Shown here: piece after piece, positions 45,358-56,450 of the stretch | Layout of the letters: each line of letters begins with the position of its first letter | Position numbering within the stretch: the first letter of the stretch is position 1 | Source of the DNA: Cyanidioschyzon merolae | Taxonomy: Eukaryota | Assembly: GCA_000091205.1 (NCBI GenBank) | Contig: AP006502.2 | DNA length: 64,000 nucleotides | Reading direction: 5' to 3' (one strand) | Notes under the pieces: model-generated | What the model saw: the letters and a program-made list of their open reading frames with translations, nothing else | Database searches by the model: none | What the model was told of the DNA's origin: nothing | Position numbers and translations under genes: made by a program

Positions 45358-47826
45358 TTACGAGCATACTCGGTAGCCGTCCTCGAGCTGCTGAATTTCG
45401 TCCGGAAGCAGTTCCCGAATCCGGCGCGTTACTGGATCGAAACGATACGGAATGTTACCCAGTTCGCCATCGAAGCGATTCTTCCGCACATCCAGGTACT
45501 TGTAATGACGTCCGTTCTGAATGATGATCACATTATCGGCTTCCTGGGTTGCTTTCGCGCTTCCAAAAACGCTGGCTGTTTTGAGAAGTTGATCTTCGTC
45601 TTCTTTGCGCGGATGGATCACGACTGAGACGTGTACGTTATGTTCCGTCGCAAAAGCGCGAAACTTTTCAATGGCGCGATCCATGATCTCAAAGCGCTCG
45701 TATCCACGCCCCTGTCCACTCGTCATGAATTGCAAATTATCTAGTACCACATGAGCGACATCGTAAACATATGCTGCGTATTCCATAGCGTGAATGACCT
45801 GATCCACATCGCTGGACCCGAAGAATCGCAGAAAATAAAGAGGAAGTTGTTCAAACTGGTCAGCGACTTGATCGAACCGTTCCCCCATGGCATCCAGACC
45901 GATGCCGGCGAACTGACTGAGCATCACTTTCGCCATCCGAACATTGTTCAGTTCGAACGAACCCCAGAGTGTATTCGCACCTTGCATGCAATAATCAAGC
46001 GAGAGTTGCGATAGCACTGTGGTTTTCCCAACGCCGGTCGGTCCAGAAAAGATGGTGAGCTCGCCGCGACGGTGACCCTTCAGCAGACGATTAAGTCCGG
46101 GCAAGGTCTGACTCTGGAGGCCACGAACCTGCACAGGATTCGCCAACTCTCGCTGGACATCGGCCCGCAGGTCAGCAAACGTTACGATTCGCTCGTGCGG
46201 CACTGGACGTGCTCGCTCGATCATGGCGAAGAGGTCGCGCTGCTGCAAAAGCGCCTCGTTTGCGTCCTTCGGGCCGCTTCCATTGCCGCTTCCAACAAGA
46301 AAGCAGCGTTGCAACCCGAGCTTGTGTGCGAACTGCCTCGCTCCATCGTGTCCAGGGATATCGTCATCGAGCCAGAGATAAATCCGCTTGAAACGCTCCA
46401 ACCAGGTGAGAAGCGCAGGAGGCAGGGATCGAGCGCCGTTCGGAAGCGACACCGCACTGAGGCCCGTTGACTGGTGCACCGCCATCGCGTCAAACTCGCC
46501 CTCAGTCACCACGAGACACTCTGCATCCGCAGGGACAAGATGCATACCGAAAAGACCCCAGTAGCCACCACGCGGCTCCAGTCGCATTGCCGACTTGCGC
46601 AGCACAGAACGGATCTTCAGCCGCAACACGCGTGATGGCGGTGGAACACTGGAGTCCTGGCAGGCGCTCTCTTCGCTGCCGAGATTGGACCCTGCAGGGT
46701 TCGGGTCACGTCGGTGGTCTAGCTCCACCAGCGTTGATGGAGCACGCGTGGTAAGCCATTCCGGCTCTATCCACGGGAAGGTGATGCAGTCGTGCTCGGA
46801 CCAGATGTCTGCGGTGCTGCCGCTATCACGAAAACGAAAGCGGCCGGCTCCGACGCGGAACTTGCGTGCAGTTGCGAGTTGCAAGCCACGGGATTTCAGG
46901 AACTGTTTGACTGCGTCACTGCTCTCTAGGCGTGCTTCGCACTGAGCTGCAAGAGCCGCATCAACCACAGGCAACTGCTCCGTTGCCACTGAGTCTATTT
47001 GTGACGTATTAGCGCTCACTGACGCCGCTCCTGAATCCGCGGGGCGAGCACTTGTTGGATGCGCGCCTGGAGCAAGGTGCGCGTTTTCAGGAAACTGACC
47101 TCTCCAGCTAAGTGGTTCCAGGATATCACCAAAACTTCGTTTCAAGTCCCAGTGGTTGCCTTTCGCGCCACAGCGATGGCAGAAAAACACGCCACTAGAC
47201 GTATGGACGTAAAGTTTGAACATGTTGTCCGCCTTGCCGCGCACGGGCGGGCAAAAGGGACAGATGCGGACCACTGCGTGCTGGTCCATCATACGGACCT
47301 CGAGGCCTTTGTCTTCGAGATAGCGTACCATATGACCCGGGGGCAGTTCGAAGAATTGGGAAACAAACGGTGTTCCCGTGGGCGTCTCTCGTATCGGGGG
47401 GCGCGTTCGACGCTGAGGCCAGCGAGCCACTGCGGGCCACAGCGCCGCAGCTCTCAGATCGCGGAGACTCCAAGCGTTGCTGACACCTCGTCGCAGGGCG
47501 TCATGGTCGCTGTTTGTGTAGTTCAAGGGCTCACCATAAATTTCCGGCGGAAACAGGTCTGCTGGTGGTGCGCCAGCGTCCGCTGGCGTTGGATCGTTCG
47601 ACGCCTCTCGTCGGGCAGCATTATCTGTTGTCGGTCCGGGAGAGCCTTGGTTCGCTTTGTCCGAGCGCAGTGTACGCTTCAAACGCACCGGTGTGCTGCC
47701 CGCTCTCTTCAGTGAAAAACTATGGGCTAGAAACGAACGAACAGGTCCCAGGGACGGAAACAGCTGTCGCGACAGCGAAACCCACTTCCACTGCACAAGT
47801 CGCGCTCCATCTTTCCAGTATGTCAT
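45358..47826 (-). CDS. Twinkle-type mitochondrial/organellar DNA primase-helicase (T7 gp4-like)
   Basis: 822 aa. Arg/Ser-rich N-terminal presequence. Primase zinc-binding domain 'CPFCPPVRGKADNMFKLYVHTSSGVFFCHRCGAKG'. TOPRIM 'LVVTEGEFDAMAV...IYLWLDDDIPGHDGARQFAHKLG'. DnaB-like helicase Walker A 'IFSGPTGVGKTTVLSQLSL' and Walker B 'HVVLDNLQFM'. Confidence 0.9.
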   Translation of the reverse strand: MTYWKDGARLVQWKWVSLSRQLFPSLGPVRSFLAHSFSLKRAGSTPVRLKRTLRSDKANQGSPGPTTDNAARREASNDPTPADAGAPPADLFPPEIYGEPLNYTNSDHDALRRGVSNAWSLRDLRAAALWPAVARWPQRRTRPPIRETPTGTPFVSQFFELPPGHMVRYLEDKGLEVRMMDQHAVVRICPFCPPVRGKADNMFKLYVHTSSGVFFCHRCGAKGNHWDLKRSFGDILEPLSWRGQFPENAHLAPGAHPTSARPADSGAASVSANTSQIDSVATEQLPVVDAALAAQCEARLESSDAVKQFLKSRGLQLATARKFRVGAGRFRFRDSGSTADIWSEHDCITFPWIEPEWLTTRAPSTLVELDHRRDPNPAGSNLGSEESACQDSSVPPPSRVLRLKIRSVLRKSAMRLEPRGGYWGLFGMHLVPADAECLVVTEGEFDAMAVHQSTGLSAVSLPNGARSLPPALLTWLERFKRIYLWLDDDIPGHDGARQFAHKLGLQRCFLVGSGNGSGPKDANEALLQQRDLFAMIERARPVPHERIVTFADLRADVQRELANPVQVRGLQSQTLPGLNRLLKGHRRGELTIFSGPTGVGKTTVLSQLSLDYCMQGANTLWGSFELNNVRMAKVMLSQFAGIGLDAMGERFDQVADQFEQLPLYFLRFFGSSDVDQVIHAMEYAAYVYDVAHVVLDNLQFMTSGQGRGYERFEIMDRAIEKFRAFATEHNVHVSVVIHPRKEDEDQLLKTASVFGSAKATQEADNVIIIQNGRHYKYLDVRKNRFDGELGNIPYRFDPVTRRIRELLPDEIQQLEDGYRVCS

Positions 47827-48559
47827 TAGCTCCTTGGCATGGCGAAGGTCGTGTCTGCCGCACTCACAGCCACCGAAGTACAGTTAATCAAGTTAACGTT
47901 GCGTACTTGGTCGTGTCGATTCGTACAGGCCGCTAGGAGTCGTTCGCGTTACCGCCTCGTGCAGAAAGTCGACCTGGGCGGGCACCCAAGTTGCGTACTG
48001 CGATGCTGCATCTGAAGCTGTATATAATTGTAGGTTTCTGGACAGAAAGACTTTGCTGCTGGATTGTGTGGAAGATGTATCATTTAATGGATATTTGGCA
48101 GACAATTGTCCATGATATACACATCTGGAATTAGGTTCTTTTCTGTACAAAATGGTTCAACGAGTGCCTGGCTCAGCGCGCAGTCGCTGCATCGATTGAT
48201 TCCAGTTTTATTCGGCAACGCTACTGTTGAAGCCGCCGCTGTCCCTGCAGAGCAACGGAGTCGCGTGGGTTTGTGTATGGGATATGCGCTGGAGCGTGCG
48301 CTGTGAAACGCAACCATAGACGATCCTCTCGTAAAGCTTGCATACCAGGTCTGTAAGCGGCACGCACGGCGTACAGGTCACTGAGCCCACGCAGCAGCGC
48401 GGGCGACGGCCACCGTGGTCTACCTGCGTACTCCCGCAGACCAGCCGCTTCGTATAGAACGCTCGTGCCTGGTGATAGCCGTGCTCATCACAACGCATAT
48501 TCAACGCGTTTGAACAGTCCGTTCGTTCCGAGTTCATACAGCAACCTTGCTCGGGGAAG
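47827..48559. promoter_or_regulatory. divergent intergenic region between Twinkle (-) and the Nrap-like gene (+); putative bidirectional promoter
   Basis: 733-bp gap between two divergently oriented start codons. This is inferred from gene arrangement only. Confidence 0.3.
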
Positions 48560-51500
48560 ATGCACGTTGCACTGAACGCCTTCGAGGGGCTCACGTGGGA
48601 GTCGCGCGCTCGAGTGCTTCTCGCAGCCGCTCAGGTGTCGTTACCAGCGGACACCGGTGCCTTTCTGCAGCAGATCCGTGCAGCTTTGGAGGCGCTGGAT
48701 CCTCGGCGACTAGAATCTCCGGACGAGATCGCGGGTCTTTTGAAGAGTCAGAAATTGTTTTCTGGTGATCTGGAGCCGGTTCACCTCGACCAAATGCGTC
48801 TCCATTCTGTCGCATATCTGGCACCGTCGCGGGTTGAGCTGGTCGGCAGCTACGCGCTGGGTACGGTGGTTGCGCTGCCTGAGCCGCCGCTGGTTGACGT
48901 TGCCTTCGAAGTTCCGCGGAAATTCTTGCTCGAAAAGGATTACCTCGATGGACGGTACCACGTCAGGCGGCTTGTGTATCTCGCAGAGGTTGTTCGACAA
49001 CTTCGCGACCGTGTTCCCGATCTTGAAGCGACTTGGGTACCATCGAATTCTTTCACGAGATCCGAGAATCCGCTCCTGCATGCCGCGTTACAGAAACCAG
49101 TAGTCGTGCTCTCATCTCCGAAGGTATCTGGTAGGATTCGCTTGTTGCCTGCCCTAACTCCTGATAAGTTTCCGAAGCTGATGCAGCGCCCTGAGCTATA
49201 CTGCTTTCGAGCATTTCAAGATTTGCCGCAGGAGAATGAGCGCATTGCTCTGAACACGCATTATGTCAACAGCATCCGCAGCGACTGGAGCATCTGGGCG
49301 GATTTTGACTTGCTTGTGGCGACAACCAAGCGCTACGCAATTGTGTCGGATTGTGTGCGTCTCCTCAAACTCTGGTCAGCGAACCGACAACTGACGCTGA
49401 TAGAACCCGTGGAGGCGGCTCGCAGGCTCGTATCGGGCCACGAACTCGCTCTGCAGACTGCTCAGCTGGTGGAACAGGGCGAATTCCCTGCTCACGCCGC
49501 CTCCCTGAGTCGACTGGTGTTGGCAGTGTTCCGAGCGATACGAGCTCGCCTGCCTGTCGAACCCAGTATCGTGCGGGTTGAAGTGGAAGCAGCGCTGCGC
49601 TCGTTTGCGAGTCGATTGCGTGAGCTGGACCAAGTTGGCGGCATTTACTACACGCTTGCTGGCTGCTGCATGGAGCCGCTCGCGTACTTCGATAGCATCT
49701 TGCAGGTAACGCAGCGACGATCGGCGAAACGAAACCCACGCGATGCTACTCTCGACACCCTTCGAGGAGAATGGTTACAGCGAGTGTTTCGAACGCTGCG
49801 CCGAGCGCTCGGTGATCGTGTGGCGTATCTGGGGGTGCTCCCACGAAGACAGCACGCGAATACCAACTTCGTACAGGTCGGCATCAAATGGCAGCCACAA
49901 AATATGTTGCGAACGATTGATCGTGACCCCGATGAGCAGTTTTGGGGCAGCGGGCGTCTCGAATGGCGTCGCTTCCGATCCGGGGAGATTTTGCATTGCC
50001 TCGTGTGGGCCGAGTCCAGTATTGAACGCTTCCAGATACCCCAGCGAATTGTGGATGCAGCGCTGAAGAAGGAGCCAGATGCACAGGCCAAAGGGAACAC
50101 GCTCTGGTTGCTCGAGGAGCGACACACGCCCGGGCTTTGGACCCGCGAACACCTGGACCTCCGCCGTTGGCGCTACGTGAAGGATCCCCGCTCGCTCGCA
50201 TTGTATCAGGCCCGTTGTGTACTTTTGGGAAAGATGTATCAAGCGCTTTGCCAGCTTCTCATGGACGCAGACGGTGCGATTGGTATCAGCAAGGTCTTGC
50301 CGCTGCGGGTACAGGCCGTGCACGTTGCGGTGAACGACGGTGAATGGCTCCGCCATACCGCAGTGGAATGGCCGGAGCTCCAGGAGAACCTCCAGGGACG
50401 ATGGGCGAGTCGATACCGTCTCACCGCACACGTCGAGCTGGAGAGCACCCATTTATGGCCCGATGCAACCGAGTCAGCGGATGCCGCTCAGGCAGTTCGA
50501 GTTGCTTTCACGATTGCGCTGTATCGCGCACTGAAACGAGGTCTGCGGAAGCACGCAGAACGCTTACCGGTGCCAGTGCGTTTCATACAGGCCACCAGAC
50601 ATGGCGACCTGCTGCTGCTGCTGGGCTGCTTCCCCATCCGTCTTCGAGTCTGTTCGGCCGCTGAGGCTGTTTCGATGTCCGCTGCGTTTCGCCTTCACGC
50701 TCAGCTATCATCGATCTCGAGTCGATTCCCGGCTTTTGGGCCAACAGCACGGCTCGCGAAGCGCTTTCTCGCTGCGCATGGTCTTGTGGATCTGGCGGGT
50801 ATCGACGGCTTGTCTCCTGCCGCAGTGGAATTGCTCTTATCGCGTCTTTTTACCGATCCGCTCCCCTGGGGAGACTGTCCGGCGACTGCCTGGGGCGGCC
50901 TCGTTCGCTTCCTGCACCTGATCGCCAAAACTGAGACGGCGTTAACAGAGCCGCTGGTGATCCCCATTTTGAACCTGTCCGAGGATGAGCCACCCTGGTA
51001 TCCAGAAACCGGTGGACTCGAGTCGTCTGTCGCTTCCAAGCATTGTTGGCTCCGTTTGTGTACTGCAAGCGATCCTTGTGGCACGTTGCTCACGAAGCAA
51101 GTCGCTGCGGAAGTTGTTCGTCGTATGAGATTGGTGTGCAGGGCGGCCTTGCAACATCTGGGTGACGCCCTGCACCAGGACGGCGGCCTAGAGCCAGACC
51201 ATCTCGGGGTCATCTTCCGTCCGCCTCCGCTAGCTTCATTCTGTGATCTGGTGCTGGAGCTCGAACACGCTCTGGTGCCCGAACAAGTCATCGTAGACTC
51301 CGGCCTGGGTGTAGCGGACCGTGAGGTGCACGCTCCTGACGAGTTGCGGCAGCGTTTCGGTATCGCGGACGCAACCACAGAGCAATGGCTTGTTGGTTTC
51401 GATCCGATCGGTATGTATCTCCGTTGGTTGCGAGAGATGTTCGGAGACCTCTGGGTGTTTCTGTACGACGCCTATGGAGGCCGCTGGATTGGGGGTATCT

Positions 51501-51712
51501 GGCGCAGCGCAGCGTCGCAACCAGCCCTGTCCCTAGATGTTAGCCGCACAAGCTATCGTCGCGTGGTCAAGTCTGGCGCGCGCATACCAGCCGACTCGCG
51601 ACTAGAATGGAACTTGCCTGAAATACTACATGACATGCATGCTGTTGGCGCCGGACTTGTGCGGGAAATTCGTCTTTGTGGACAACTCACTGGTGCGTGC
51701 AGCGGATACTGA
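48560..51712 (+). CDS. Nrap/NOL6 (UTP22)-like nucleolar protein, nucleotidyltransferase-fold (1050 aa)
   Basis: ATG at 48560. N-terminal NTase-like 'LVGSYALGTVV...LVDVAFEVP' followed by long helical regions. Size and layout are consistent with Nrap; family assignment is tentative. Confidence 0.45.
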   Translation: MHVALNAFEGLTWESRARVLLAAAQVSLPADTGAFLQQIRAALEALDPRRLESPDEIAGLLKSQKLFSGDLEPVHLDQMRLHSVAYLAPSRVELVGSYALGTVVALPEPPLVDVAFEVPRKFLLEKDYLDGRYHVRRLVYLAEVVRQLRDRVPDLEATWVPSNSFTRSENPLLHAALQKPVVVLSSPKVSGRIRLLPALTPDKFPKLMQRPELYCFRAFQDLPQENERIALNTHYVNSIRSDWSIWADFDLLVATTKRYAIVSDCVRLLKLWSANRQLTLIEPVEAARRLVSGHELALQTAQLVEQGEFPAHAASLSRLVLAVFRAIRARLPVEPSIVRVEVEAALRSFASRLRELDQVGGIYYTLAGCCMEPLAYFDSILQVTQRRSAKRNPRDATLDTLRGEWLQRVFRTLRRALGDRVAYLGVLPRRQHANTNFVQVGIKWQPQNMLRTIDRDPDEQFWGSGRLEWRRFRSGEILHCLVWAESSIERFQIPQRIVDAALKKEPDAQAKGNTLWLLEERHTPGLWTREHLDLRRWRYVKDPRSLALYQARCVLLGKMYQALCQLLMDADGAIGISKVLPLRVQAVHVAVNDGEWLRHTAVEWPELQENLQGRWASRYRLTAHVELESTHLWPDATESADAAQAVRVAFTIALYRALKRGLRKHAERLPVPVRFIQATRHGDLLLLLGCFPIRLRVCSAAEAVSMSAAFRLHAQLSSISSRFPAFGPTARLAKRFLAAHGLVDLAGIDGLSPAAVELLLSRLFTDPLPWGDCPATAWGGLVRFLHLIAKTETALTEPLVIPILNLSEDEPPWYPETGGLESSVASKHCWLRLCTASDPCGTLLTKQVAAEVVRRMRLVCRAALQHLGDALHQDGGLEPDHLGVIFRPPPLASFCDLVLELEHALVPEQVIVDSGLGVADREVHAPDELRQRFGIADATTEQWLVGFDPIGMYLRWLREMFGDLWVFLYDAYGGRWIGGIWRSAASQPALSLDVSRTSYRRVVKSGARIPADSRLEWNLPEILHDMHAVGAGLVREIRLCGQLTGACSGY

Positions 51713-52232
51713 GCAACCTCGGGTAGGCGACGCCCTCAAGAGAGGTGGTCTACGCTCCCAAGCCTGGCCGCACAGCCGCGCATAATGCCCGAAGCATCCC
51801 ATGCGGTCGAAAAGTGAGGCATCGTGGTAGATGATGCACCGACTGGCGACACCCCTGGACTTGTTTCGAGCCGCATTCCTCACCATTAAAGCACGGAAAC
51901 TGCTGAACGCATTTCCGTATATCGCTGCGCTTGTGGTAATAGAGCGGTGCTGTTTCTCAGAGAAGCCTTTGGGCGGCGCGTCGTTGCGTACGCTTTCCGG
52001 GATACAGTGGATCCAGCTATCATTTGGGTCAACCGAGCTCTGGTCGCGTCGGAAGTACCCGCGCTGGACGATTTGCTTGAAGCCCGACCAAGAGCCTCGC
52101 CTCGAATATTGATCGTTTTTTAGCAACGCGCTCGCCCGTTCGCACACACTCTAGAGAACAGACGAACTTGGGTGGCAGTTTCAGGAGTGCAACGCTGCCA
52201 GTATATGGAACAGTGCCGCCGGGTCCAATGCC

Positions 52233-53243
52233 TCACAAAGTCGCGGACGCCTTGCGGTAATAAGGCGGCCACAGATCATAACCGAATCGCTCGTAATCCT
52301 CGGCGTACAATTTTCTAACCCTTTGCGCCAGACGTTCGTTCACGTGCTTGTGCAAGAGGCTTGCTGCGCTCTGGGAGTGCAGGGTATTCCGGCCGCTCGC
52401 TTGTGCTCGCTTCCGCATGGATTCGTGCCACTCGAGACCGGCCTGACCAAACATATCCACGTAAAACTTTCGAAGTGACTCGGGTTCATCTACTTTTCCG
52501 ATACAGTCGAAGAATGTCCGAGGCAGCATGCGAAAAAGGCAGAAGCCCGACTGTGGGCGCCAATGTTCGTCGAACGGTGTCAGATCTGGGGTCATGGTCT
52601 TTGCAGCCTCTTCCAGGTAGTCCACAAAACGTTCAAACGAGTGAGGGTATCGATTTTTCAATGGATATCGTTCCAGTTCGCGTCCAGCTTTGACTTTATC
52701 AAGGTAAGCCGACAGCAAGCGTGTAAGCGGATGGCGCACCAGGGCACCAAACTTCCACGATGGATCCGAGAGCACTCGAAGAAGCTCCTCGTCCTGCAAA
52801 TGAAGGAGCTGCGTCAAGTTTGCGCGGCCTTGCGGATGAATCAAGTGGATTTCATCGGCATCCAGGGGGTCCAGAACCACCCCCAGCGTTTCCCGCAAAG
52901 CAAATGCACGTGCGGCAGTACAACCGGCTTTCGGTATCGAGCAGAGCAGGCGCTGTTGTTTCGCGAATACGATAACGCCAACAAACGATTGCTCCTGTTC
53001 CCGACGCCAAAGATCAGAAATATTCTGAAAATACTCTGCAAGCGGTTTTTCATTGAAGAGACTTGCAAGCACTGGGGCTTGCCAGGAAAAGTTTACTGTG
53101 TGAGAACGATACTCACTCGGAGAAGATGTTTCGAGTCCGGGCGACGGAACCATGAGGGTTTGCAGCACGCGGTGCGAGGCCAGGATCAGAAGCAACACCC
53201 AGAAAACGGTGAACCAGAAAAACCACCGAAACCATAAATGCAT
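52233..53243 (-). CDS. carbohydrate sulfotransferase-like protein 1 (Sulfotransfer_2 family, type II membrane topology)
   Basis: ORF 52233..53369 that starts at GTG in the track; ATG = rc of 53241..53243 (MHLWFRWFFWFTVFWVLLLILA is a TM segment). 5'-PSB-like 'CSIPKAGCTAARAF', 3'-PB-like 'LVRHPLTRLLSAYLDK', 'DEHWRPQSGFCLFR'. Paralog of 58163..59236. Confidence 0.7.
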   Translation of the reverse strand: MHLWFRWFFWFTVFWVLLLILASHRVLQTLMVPSPGLETSSPSEYRSHTVNFSWQAPVLASLFNEKPLAEYFQNISDLWRREQEQSFVGVIVFAKQQRLLCSIPKAGCTAARAFALRETLGVVLDPLDADEIHLIHPQGRANLTQLLHLQDEELLRVLSDPSWKFGALVRHPLTRLLSAYLDKVKAGRELERYPLKNRYPHSFERFVDYLEEAAKTMTPDLTPFDEHWRPQSGFCLFRMLPRTFFDCIGKVDEPESLRKFYVDMFGQAGLEWHESMRKRAQASGRNTLHSQSAASLLHKHVNERLAQRVRKLYAEDYERFGYDLWPPYYRKASATL

Positions 53244-53456
53244 ATCTATTTCCTCTACACCGACACGTTGCTTTCCAGGGAAACGAGTGGGAAGATCGTG
53301 TTCCCTCACTCGCCTAATACAAAGCGCCAATGGCTGCAGAAGCGCTGGTGCGGAGTACGCCGCACGCACGCACCAAACGCCGTTCGAACTTGAACGACGT
53401 CGGGCGTGTACAGTAGTGGCGGGAAAACCGTCTTAGATTAGAAGTCTCCAACTGAC

Positions 53457-56450
53457 GTGCAGATGCCTCCGCGCCTTTTTGGATCGGCCACCTCCTACTG
53501 CTTCCAACTTTCTCTCATATAGTTCGACTTGGACAGATTGTTCAATAAAGTGCTCTCTTGTCTATGATGGAGGTCTCTTCTCCAGTACCGCACATCTCCG
53601 TATATTGATAGCGGCGTTAAAGTCACGGTTCACAAATTCCATACGTTTCGTGCCGTTGGGAGTTGCACTTACTAATGCAAGTAGTCCACGAATTTTTGCC
53701 CTCCTTTCCATTTGCTCCTCCGTCAGTGGTCCGTACTTTGCTATATCCTCAGGGCTCCGCTGGCACTTTTCCATCTCCACCTTCTGAAGTATACACCCCA
53801 GCTCATGGTGTGTATACGATGCTCGAAACTCAACTATCGATACTGCAACAAAACGCCGTGCACACTCTTTGTACGTTCTCGTTGTTGGAGCTGGTGTACA
53901 CCCTTTTCGGATCTTCCAGCGCCCTGCTCCGTACGCTACGACGAGCCTCTGACTTTCATCCTCCTTCAGGGCGCTCAACTCATTACAAAAATTCGCGAAC
54001 ACCCGCTGCTTCCCACAGTATAGATTCATTCGCAAACGAGCCCAGCGGGGCTTGGTATACTCCTCTCCCAGCGCATCCCAGTGGGCAACACGAACTTCCA
54101 TGAATTTCCGAAAAGCCTCAAAGTCCGCTCCTCGCCTAGTCACCTCGCTCAAAGCTTCCAGGTGATCCTTCATTCCTTCATTCCAAGCCTCAATTTTCTT
54201 CCTTGCATTCATTGTACCGGATTCTCGATAGTATCTTGCTCTCGAGCACCTCAAAAGGCGCATGTCCTTCTGACGCAAGTTACCATCAGTACCATCTTCT
54301 GCACGCTTCGGTGCTGCGATGGTTATGATATGTGTGTTTCCGGGGTCCGCGCCAACGACAAAGTCGTTCCCCTGCACTTTCTGCACCGCAGGACCCGCCT
54401 TCTTCGTTTCCTCATGCTTCGCCGCGCCAACCATAAAGGCGTTATCCTGCACCTCCTGCATCACAGGATCCGCCTCCTTCTCATCTTCATGCTTCGCCGC
54501 GCCAACGACAAGATCGTCATCCTGCACCTCCTGCGCCACAGGACCAGCCTCCTCCTTTTCTTCATCCTTCGTGACGGGCGCAGCCGAGGGCGGAACTGGC
54601 CGATCTTTCTTCAACCACCGATAGTGTACATACAATGCTACTCCATCGGTTTCAATCACCCCAGTGAACAACTTTTGCTTGCTCGTTTTGAGACGTTTGA
54701 AATTGAAGGTGTTCTTCCAGTAGGTTTCCCGGTTTTCACCGGTGAAGTCCTCCCTGCTAACATCGAACTCCGGACTGTTCTCCCTCATGATGCCGTAGAG
54801 GACGCCGGAATCGATACTCACAAAGTGTGACTTGATGTTGCATAACGGAACGACGTTGAAGCGCTTCCCCATTCGGACAGCCTTCCGTCTCTCCTACTCT
54901 TCATTTGTCTCTTCACTCAGCTTCATTTCCGCCTTGCGTTCGAGTTCACAGTCCAGAAACACGAAATATCGCAGGATGAAGCGATAGTATCTTTCCTTAT
55001 CTTTTTTCAACTCTGATATCTTGTCTGTTGGATACGCCAACCCCAGTACCGCACGGTGCTCTTGTACAGCCGCACGGATTACAGAAGCTTAATTCGTGCA
55101 CGCGTTTGATGCCTTCTTGTCGACAAATTCGACCTCATCTTCATGCCTGCGATCGTTCGTGATGCCGTTGATCATCGCCCCTTTCCCATTGCGCGAGATG
55201 CCCGGGTAGAGTGCAAACACGGCGCGTATCATGAAACGTTCGAGGTTCGTTGTCAAATGGTTCTTCAGGTTCGTGAGGTACTTCATCGCCCCATAGCTGT
55301 AAATATCCCGGTCACCCTTGTACCGAGTACCGTTGAAGCTGTAAAAGGGATGTTTTTTCGTGGAGGCCATGGACTAGCCCATTTTCCTTCCGCGATTCCT
55401 CTGTACCAAGTATCAGCTGACCTATACACGTCTTATCGAAAAACTCGTCCGGAATCTCGACCGTTTCCATGTGCATCACATCACGATACATCTCCCTCAC
55501 CAAATGCATCAGTCCTGACGACGCCTTGACAATACTCTTGGTGTACGAGTCGACACGTTTTACGATAGCGTCTCGCAACAATTCCCTGTGGGGATCCTTG
55601 ATATGTCCAAGAAGGAAGGTTTTCACCACCTTCTCGTTGTACAGTCGTCTTTCTTGCCGCCTTCGACGTAGGGCCTCTCCCTTTCGGTTCTTCTTCTATT
55701 CCTTTTCTCCTGGACTCGGCACTGTTTTTTGTTTTTTCTGGCAGCCTGCGACCCTGGGCCTCCAGGATCGTGGACATGCTTTTCCATAGCTTTCCTTTTT
55801 GTTTTTTTTTTGAAGAAGAACGCTCTTTGAACCCTTCTGTTATATACTGCAAAAAAACACTAGACTAGAGTTGTTTGAAGTTTGAAACAAAAACGAACTG
55901 AAAGGCTGTACTTTGCAATGACCTCAACGAAAATACAACTTTTAGAACAGAGCTACACGAATGAGATCGAGATCGCGTCTCTCTTCAACGACGGCACGCA
56001 CATCGTGTCAGTTAACTGCGCGATCTCCCAAGCGCGCTCGCTATGCGCAATGCGTGCACCGCGCGAGACGCTACTCGGATCGATGAAGGACACGTGTTCG
56101 ACGCCGCATTGGCACATGCGCGTTAGCATCGCACTGGAGCTGAAATAAAGTATCATAGACCGGAAACTCACGTGGAACGATCTCTTGCTATAAGCTATGT
56201 CGCTCGTGCACATCGCAGTACGGACCTGACATACATGGAGATGTAGGGGCCTGGCACGATACCCCTCGACGCTTCTATCAAAAGCGTAGTCGCGGTAGCA
56301 TCTTACGCTTGTGCGGGTAAGGTATGCATCACACCAGCTTGGAAGGGTTTCGTTCGGTTTATTGATCGTAAATAAAGTAGGCACAGTCGTATAACCAAGT
56401 ATGAATATACGTTTATTCTCTATCCTTGTTATGCATGCAGCGCAGACGCT
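53457..56450 (-). mobile_element. Fanzor/TnpB-like element, copy 2 (inverted relative to copy 1)
   Basis: The rc of 53457.. matches the copy-1 right end exactly up to 'GCGGAGGCATCTGCAC' and then diverges. The internal 3x tandem repeat lies at ~54340-54570. The 5' region is weakly homologous to copy 1 as far as ~56450. Confidence 0.6.
53562..55852 (-). pseudogene. TnpB-like / Fanzor-type RuvC nuclease gene (copy 2), same interruptions as copy 1 plus an extra N-terminal frameshift
   Basis: 436-aa ORF 53562..54872 is ~93% identical to the copy-1 C-terminal ORF (RuvC-I GADPGNT, RuvC-III NRDFNAAINI). ORFs 55089..55370, 55312..55629 and 55481..55852 match copy-1 frames B and A. The homopolymer is A6 here (T6 at 55353-55358 on the + strand). 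Confidence 0.6.

Noticed and set aside
45139-45627. 162-aa + strand ORF overlapping the 3' end of Twinkle
   Set aside because: It overlaps a strongly supported gene on the other strand and has no motif.
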